DNA of 53,671 nt, taken from NCBI GenBank assembly GCA_050613775.1, contig JBODTK010000126.1:434001-487671 (forward strand). Reading direction: 5' to 3'. Position numbers and translations under genes: made by a program. Below are positions 46,072 through 53,671 of this stretch, in pieces. How positions within the stretch are numbered: the stretch's first letter is position 1; each line of letters begins with the position of its first letter. The DNA comes from Neocallimastix sp. 'constans'. Taxonomy: Eukaryota. Under the pieces are notes generated by a model that saw only the letters and a program-made list of their open reading frames with translations, was not told the origin of the DNA and made no database searches.

Positions 46072-46354
46072 TTAATTATTTTTATTGAATTTTTTCAAGA
46101 GTTTGGGGCAATTAAGATTTTTCTCAGGTTCCCAAGAAGCTTCTGAAAGCGGATATCCTTTCCATTTTATCAAGTATTGGATTTTCCCATAATGAGTTCG
46201 TTTGTCTTATATTTGTTCAACTTCGTTCTCTTCTTCGTTGTTAATGACAATTGGTGGTGGTTCTTGGTTTCTTCCAAACTTATCTTCAAAGTACGGTTCA
46301 AGGTCAGAGACATGCATGATTGGATGAATCCTAAGATTTTTTGGCAAGCCAAGT
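46072..46354 (-). pseudogene. Chromovirus (Ty3/gypsy) integrase C-terminus with chromodomain
   Basis: The minus-strand frame reads LPKNLRIHPIMHVSDLEPY...EVEQI*DKR...QYLIKWKGYPLSEASWEPEKNLNC. Confidence 0.88.
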
Positions 46355-46360
46355 GAAATT

Positions 46361-47250
46361 ATGAATTTACCAAGTTCAAAATAAGAGAATATAGATATTA
46401 CTGAAAAGGAAAAGCTTAATAAAATTATTCAAGAAGAGAAAAACATATTAAATTAATTAGCAAAAAACCAAAATATGAAACTTACAATTGATCTAAATAA
46501 TTTAACACCAAATATTACCTTTTCACAATTGTTAGATATTAGTCCAAAATTAAGGTCTCAACTTACGGAAACTATGAAATTAAAAAAAAAAAAATTAAAA
46601 ATAATGAAGCTGATAAAGTTGCTATGCCAATAATCACAAAAGATATCGCAACATGTTTATACTTAATCAATAATAAAGAAGGATTAACCTTTCTAGATAT
46701 TAAACAATTTTTGTTGTAATCTATTATTCTAAACAAGTTTCAAATATTAATTCTTCCATTTGTATTTTTAAAAGGTATAGTTTGAAAAATATATTTGTTC
46801 TTGTTGCAATTTGAATAGTATCATTTAATAATAACTGAATAAAGTAAGCGTTCCTAATGTATCTAAAATTTTTTTTACTATTATGTTAATGCTTAATTGA
46901 ATACGGAGCATTAAAAGAAAAAATTTATTCATCAATCCAATTAATAATCATCTATATGTTATGAATAATGATGAAACTTTTACTAAATTATTTCCTTTAT
47001 TACTTAATGATGAATGGTCCGATACAACAATAGATATTAAAAATAATGAAATCATGATGAACAATAATTCTTTTATATTTTGCTTTATTACTAACCCCAT
47101 AAGACTGAAGAAGTGAGGGGATGAAAAATTTAAGACAAAACCATCAATAAAAAAAATCATCAATAACATAATAAACGAAGCTCCTAGAGATGTTAGAGAA
47201 ATATTAAAAGATTTACTGATAGAAAATATGACCATTCTTGCCATTAGTAT
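46361..47250 (+). pseudogene. Degenerate gypsy-type gag/aspartic protease region
   Basis: ITFSQLLDISPKLRSQL and INNKEGLTFLD motifs, then a pre-RT segment ILKDLLIEN. Multiple stops. Confidence 0.6.
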
Positions 47251-47289
47251 TAGAAATGAATCATATCTTCTTACAGTTCTACAAATTAA

Positions 47290-48870
47290 GCTAAAAAACT
47301 TTTAGAACTCATTCATGCTGATGTAGGTGGAAAACTAGAAGTTTGGTATGATGGTTTTAGTTATTATATCACATATCATGATGAATTTTTGATAAAATGT
47401 TGGATTTACTTTATTAATAATAAAAGCAATATATACAATGCTTTTGTTAACTTTTATAAATTCATAGCAATTCAATTTCCTATAAAATTATTAATTTAAA
47501 ATTCGACAATGGTACTGAATATATAAATCACAATCTTGTTGATTATTTAAAACTTAATGTCATAAATTTTATGAATTCTATTTCTGACTATCCACAACAA
47601 AATGGTTGTACAGACCATTTAAACCAAACTTTAAATTATTGTACTATTTCCCTTCTCAATTTAGCTATACTCTCTTAAGTTTTGGGATTCTGCTATCTTT
47701 AGTGCTTCTTATTTATATAATAATTGATCCTTATCAAAGTATTACTAATAAAAACCCTGATGAAGTCTTATTTAATAAAGTAGTTGATATTTTGCATTTA
47801 AAAGTTTTTGGTGGCAAAGGATTTTTTTCCTATAATAATCATAAATTCAAAAAATTTGATAATAATACTAAAGGTATTTTCATTGATTACGATAATGACT
47901 TTTTAGGTTATAAAATTTTATATATTTCTACCAACTCTATAATTAATTATCTCTGTACAGGATGTTTATGTTATTGAAGACATGTCAAGGTACTACTAAT
48001 ACTACCCTTTTATGTGATATATATATTGACTCAATTACATATTTCAGTGATTTATTATTTGAAGGTGGAAATTTTGAATTTAATTCTAATTTAACAATTC
48101 TAATTATAATCTTAATTCTAATAATGATAATAACATTCAAAATAAAAATCCAAACTCTCAAAATAATTATTTAAATGAAATATTATTAAAAATTCATTCA
48201 TAATAATAATTGTATAAATGAAAATCATATAATAAATATTAACAATAACATTGAAAATAATAAAATGAATATATAGCAATAATACCAATAATAATAATAC
48301 TATTTAAAATAAAAATAATATTTATATTCATGAAAATGATGATTCGAATAACAATAAAAACAGTAGTATTAATAATAATCAAAATATTAATAAAATTAAT
48401 AATTATAATAACAACAATTCTATAAGAAAAAGAAGCATAAATAATGATAACGATTGTTCCAGTGATTAAGATAATGAACTTCTTATAACAAAGAAAATTA
48501 GAATTTGCATATAATATCAAAAAACATAAGATCTTGAATATATTAATGTACTATTTATATATTTTCAAACTATTAATTCAGTAGATGCTGAAGAATAGAA
48601 AATTACTATAAAAGAAAAACTTTCAAATCTATATAACATAAAGTTATGAAAATAGTTAATAGTATTCCCAAAAATGCTCGTATTGCAGATACAAAATGGG
48701 TATTTACAAAAAAGGAAAAAAAAAATAAAAAGAAAAATAAAATTAGTAGCTTGTGGCTTTCAACAAGTTCCAGGTGAAGATTTTATAGAAAATTATTCTC
48801 CAACAATTCAGGCTGAGAGAGTCTATGACTTACTGTAGCAACAGCTGCTATAAATAATTGAAAACTCAGA
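47290..48870 (+). pseudogene. Degenerate Ty1/copia integrase and RT N-terminus
   Basis: LELIHADV, DNGTEY, PQQNG, HLKVFG and GYKI are followed by TKWVF and LVACGFQQVPGEDFIENYSPT. Integrase before RT is the copia order. Confidence 0.88.
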
Positions 48871-49526
48871 TAAATAACTCCAGATTGAATAAAATAAAAT
48901 AGATAGTAGAATATTAAATATGAAAAGTACAGATTGAATAAAAATAAACTAAAAATATAAAAAAAGCTAAAGAACTAAAAGATATATTTTTTTTTCTAAA
49001 AATAAATAAAAAAAGTAAATAAAAAAGCTGAACAGGAAACATTTCATATAATAGAAATTAAAATAGTAACATTTGTTTTAATATATATAGTGTATTTATA
49101 TTACCAATATTATTATCTTTTTTATTGTACTTAAAAGTTATAAATAATAAATTTAGATTAATTTTTCTTTTGTAAAAATAAAAAAAAAAAAAAAATAAAA
49201 AAATTAATTTTATTATTATTTTATGAATTAATGATATATTATTATATATTATAAAATAAAATTATAATAATATATTTATAGATATTTATATTTATTATAG
49301 TTTTATTTTACTATTTTTTTTTTTTTAAAAAAAAAAAAAAAAAGAATAATAAGAAAAACGATTATTCCAATTATCTTTTCTTTTTAATAAATTATTAAAT
49401 AATCTTATTTCATATATATTATTTTTTTATTATTAATTTTTTTCTTCTTTCTTCTTTCTTCTTTTATTTTTTATTTTTTTTTAATCTTATTCATTATTAT
49501 TATTTATTATTATAAAGAATATAATC

Positions 49527-50436
49527 ATGATTATTAAAAATATACTATCATTTACATTATTTATTTCTTTCATATTTTTATGTAAGGACACTTTTAATAT
49601 ATAATAATATAAAAAAAAACATATATATATATATGAAGTAAATATAAGATTTTAAATACATTTTAATTTAAATAAAATTAGGTTTAGGAGATAATAGTGA
49701 AACAATTGAAATTAATATTCTTACAAGTTCAGAAAATGGAGGAATTTATACATATCAAGAACTTTTTGATAAATTTAATAAGTATTCAGCAGAAAATAGT
49801 TTAAATATAAAATTGAATGTAAATCTTTTATCTAAAGATAATTCAACTGTTGAAGTAGAAGATTATGAATCAACAATTGAATTATTATTTTCAAAAAAAT
49901 CAGATAAATATGATTTATATTATTTTGATAATATATTTTCCAATAAATTTGGACCATATTTATTGGATCTAAGAGAATATTTAAGTGAAAGTCACATTAA
50001 TTTATATGATAATGAAATTACAAGTCAAACTTGTTATTATAATGACAAATTAGTTGGACTTGTAATTACTTTTTACATTGTATTTAATATAATTTTTTTA
50101 TTATGACAATTATATTTACAAAATTTAATATATATATATATATATATATATTTGTATATTCAAATATATAATAAAATAGCCAACAGTGATTGACTGTACT
50201 TCTTTAATTTATAATAAAGACTTATTAAATAAATATAAAAAGAGTGTTCCAAAAACTTGGGAAGAATTAATAGAAACAGCAAAATATATTATTAATGAAG
50301 AAAAAAAAATTGGTAATGATGAAATAATTGGATATAACGGTGTTTTTCCAAGTAAATATAAATTTAAATATAAAAATCTCCTTTTTTTTTTTTTACTAAA
50401 TTATTATTAAAAAATATTCGAACAATAACAACGAAT

Positions 50437-50495
<59 letters not shown>

Positions 50496-51509
50496 TATTA
50501 TTATTATTATTATTATTATCATTATTATTTATTAAAATGAAAAAAAGATATTACTAACAATAATTAATTAAAATAAAATATAAACAATAAATAATATTAG
50601 ATGAAGAATTAGGAACATGTTCTCTTTATGAATATCTTTATTCATTCAGAGATTCTAAGGAGTCACCATTTCCTGATTTAACAAGTCAAAACGTTAAAGA
50701 CGCATTAGAAAAATTAAAAAAAATAAAAGAGGAAATTTCTTCAGGTATAGGAAAAATTTTTATTATTATTATTATTATTGTTATTATTTATTATTATCTA
50801 TAAATTAATATAATGCATATTAAAACTCAATTATATATATATATATAGTTACAATTAATAATAATAATAATAATAAATATATATATATATTAATATGTAT
50901 AATTTATAAAACATAATAGATGAAATATTTATACAAGGTTTAAAATTTTCTCTAGAAAAAATTATAAATAAAAAACTATTATTTGGAAAATTTTGGGATT
51001 TTCAATATTTTTCAAATTTAATGACATCTTATAGTAGTTCGATTCTTCCAGGAAATAAAGAAGGTGTTTCAGGTTCTATATTAGGAGGATTTAATTTAGG
51101 TATTAACAAATATATCAAAAAAGAAAAAATAGATGCAGCCGTAATAGTTTTTAAATATTTAACATCATTAGAAACTCAAAAATATCTTGTATTAAATAAG
51201 AGATTAAATTCAGCAATCATTAGTTTATATGATGATGAAGAAGTTTGCTCTATTATGGATTGTGAAATGTTAAAAAGAATGCAATTTATTGCAAGACCTT
51301 TATATAAGAAATATATTGATTGGTCAACAAAATTTAGAAATAATATCTATGAATCCTTGTTTAAAGGTAGAGAAATCTCAGATGCATTAAAAGATGCTGA
51401 ATTAATTACAGAAGGTTATAAGAGTTCAGCCAATTCAATAAAATCTTTTTTCGGAATCTTTGTCTTTATTATTTCTTACACTATTATTTCTATTTTGACT
51501 CAACTTTGA
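49527..51509 (+). CDS. Extracellular solute-binding protein (bacterial ABC sugar-binding fold) with signal peptide and hydrophobic C-terminus; 5 exons
   Basis: Exons 49527-49581, 49682-50061, 50180-50351, 50601-50744 and 50920-51509 join in frame. Motifs KLVGLP, LIYNKDLLNKY..VPKTWEELIETAK, GGFNLGINK and YLTS.ETQK. Confidence 0.88.
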
Positions 51510-52140
51510 AATATTTATGTATATATTAATATAAATTTTATTCAATAATGTTTTTATCTATAAGAAATAAGAAATATATAATTAACTGTATTGTAATTAA
51601 ATTAATTTATTATTATATATTTAATTATACTTAATTATATATATATTAAAGTTCAATTTATTAAATTATAAAATGAAATATTTATATGTTTTTTAATATA
51701 TATTTTAGTTTATTTATTATTATTATTATTAGAGTTAGTTTAATTTTATTTTATTTTATTTTATTTTTTTTTTTTTTTCAAATTATGTAAATTTATTGTT
51801 AAATTTTTCAAAATAGAAAAAAATATTTGTTATATAAAAAAGTATTAAATAAATTTTTGTTTTATATAACAGATTATATCTATATATTTTGTTTTTGATT
51901 TTATTAAAATAATTAAATATTAATTAGTAAATCTGTTATTTCAAATAAATTATTATAATTTACATATTTAACAAAGAGAAAAAAATTTTTTAAAATTAAA
52001 GATATCTTTAAAAACCTATTTTTTTTTTCTTTTTAAGATTCAAGTCTAAAGTATAAAATTATTAATAGAAAATTTAAAAACTAATATTTTATATCTGTCT
52101 CTATTAGTCTTTAATTGTAATTTATCTTTAAATTCTTTTT

Positions 52141-52183
<43 letters not shown>

Positions 52184-52260
52184 GAAAAAAAAAAATAAGT
52201 AGATATTAAAGATATCTTTTGTTTCCCTTATAATCAAAAGATAGTTCGTCAAAAGTTTAC

Positions 52261-53575
52261 TTTTTTTTTTTTTTAGACAAGGAATAAACTTTATTTAATA
52301 ATATTTATTAAAAGAAAAATACATGAAAATTTTTTATATTAATATTAAAAAACTGTATTATGAGTTTTGAAAACAAATTGGCCTCTAACTCTTTTCATTC
52401 ATTTACGATAACTCTATGTAAATAAAAATTATCATTTGAATCAGTATCAGAATTTCTTCTTTGTCTTATTGTTTCGACGTTAACACTTTTATCAATGGTA
52501 GATCTAATGGTATGTAAATTGATCATAATGTAAAAATCACTAATCATATAGGTATAACATTAGTACGAAATTCCGAAAGCTCCACAAAATATGAAATCGG
52601 ATAAAAGACTGACTCAAAGTTTATTGAAAGTTATTATTAATAAAACACCTTCTTTTCCTCGAGCCGATCTTTTAGATTTCATATACTGCATTAAAAGAGT
52701 AAAAATTATCTATTATCATTAAAATATTCCCCTTTATCATGAACAATTAGAGAAAAATTAATAAAAAATTTCATCAACAGGTTGAATAAATTGTTACCTA
52801 AATTTTCAAATTTAGGACATTAAAGTTATCTAAGAGAAAATTGTGAATATTTTAGAGATAGATATTGAATAAATTTTTTATAACCAAATTTAAACTTTCT
52901 TGTTTTTAAAATTGATCTAATCACAGGAGTACTTGAACAATGAACATTTTCCCAGTAAAACTTCCGTATTTTTCAGTTTGGCATATTAATATTTTTGCGA
53001 ATCCTTGAAGAAAATTTCAAATTTATTATTTTAGTCGGTAAAGTGAATCATATGAATAACCTTCAAATAATATGTATTATTATTGCAGTTAACACTTATG
53101 ATAAAGAAGTTTTTCATATTAATATTGTATTTTTTAAATAAATCCATGAATAATTTCCTTACAATTTGATATTTTTTTTTTTTTTTTTTTTTTTTTTAAT
53201 TAAGAATTTTCATTGTCTACTTTCAATCCAAGATTCAAGGTCATTAATTATTTTTTCATAAAAAAGTTTAAAGAATATTAAATATCAAAGGTATATTAAA
53301 AAATTGAAAGAAGAACATGAGGTGGGATGAATAAATTCCTACAGGAATATAAAAAAATACCATAAAGATGAAAATATAGGAAAAAGAAAAAGATAAATGG
53401 AAGATAAAAATTTTTTAAAATAATATCTATTACAAACAACTACAATAAGCAATTGTACTAAAAAACATCTAATGTGTAATATTTGAATTTTTTACTATCA
53501 CCCTCGATATGATGAGAATTAAGATGGTCTTCCCTCAGTGAACCCAATGGAAAGTGACACCCCCCCTGAAGAGAA
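52261..53575 (-). mobile_element. Internally deleted non-LTR retrotransposon related to elements A-C
   Basis: The minus strand ends TTCCTTGTCT-A14 and carries a KSVNVETIR C-terminal motif, like KSVDV and KSVNA in the other copies. A candidate TSD TCAAAAGTT(T/A)AC lies at 52249-52260 and 53576-53587. The 5' terminus is GC-rich. Confidence 0.6.
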
Positions 53576-53671
53576 TCAAAAGTTAACATTCAATAAATAT
53601 ATATATAAATTTTTGTATATATTAATTTTTTTCTATTCTCTTATATTGATTAATAAAGTAAATAAAAAAAA

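Overview
This is extremely AT-rich, intron-containing eukaryotic DNA. Fungal dockerin domains and an intron-containing bacterial-type solute-binding protein point to an anaerobic gut fungus (Neocallimastigomycota; inferred). Host genes: a 5'-partial HExxH metallopeptidase-like gene, a decayed CreC/WDR20-like WD40 pseudogene, an intronless double-dockerin CE15 glucuronoyl esterase, a Sel1-repeat protein with LEA-like repeats, a cNMP/F-box/LRR protein, a C2+MUN (Munc13-like) protein, a small unknown gene and an extracellular solute-binding protein. Mobile DNA is abundant. At 11.3-18.0 kb there is a three-level nest of APE-type non-LTR retrotransposons with readable 14-bp TSDs. The middle element has a predicted kink-turn/pseudoknot RNA at its exact 5' end and an odd array of [22-nt target site + CT-poly(A)] units at its 3' end. 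Also present are two more LINE remnants, a candidate non-autonomous MULE, a non-autonomous copia-type two-LTR element with an internal tandem array, and gypsy/copia relics. All calls come from reading the sequence by eye; no database searches were run.
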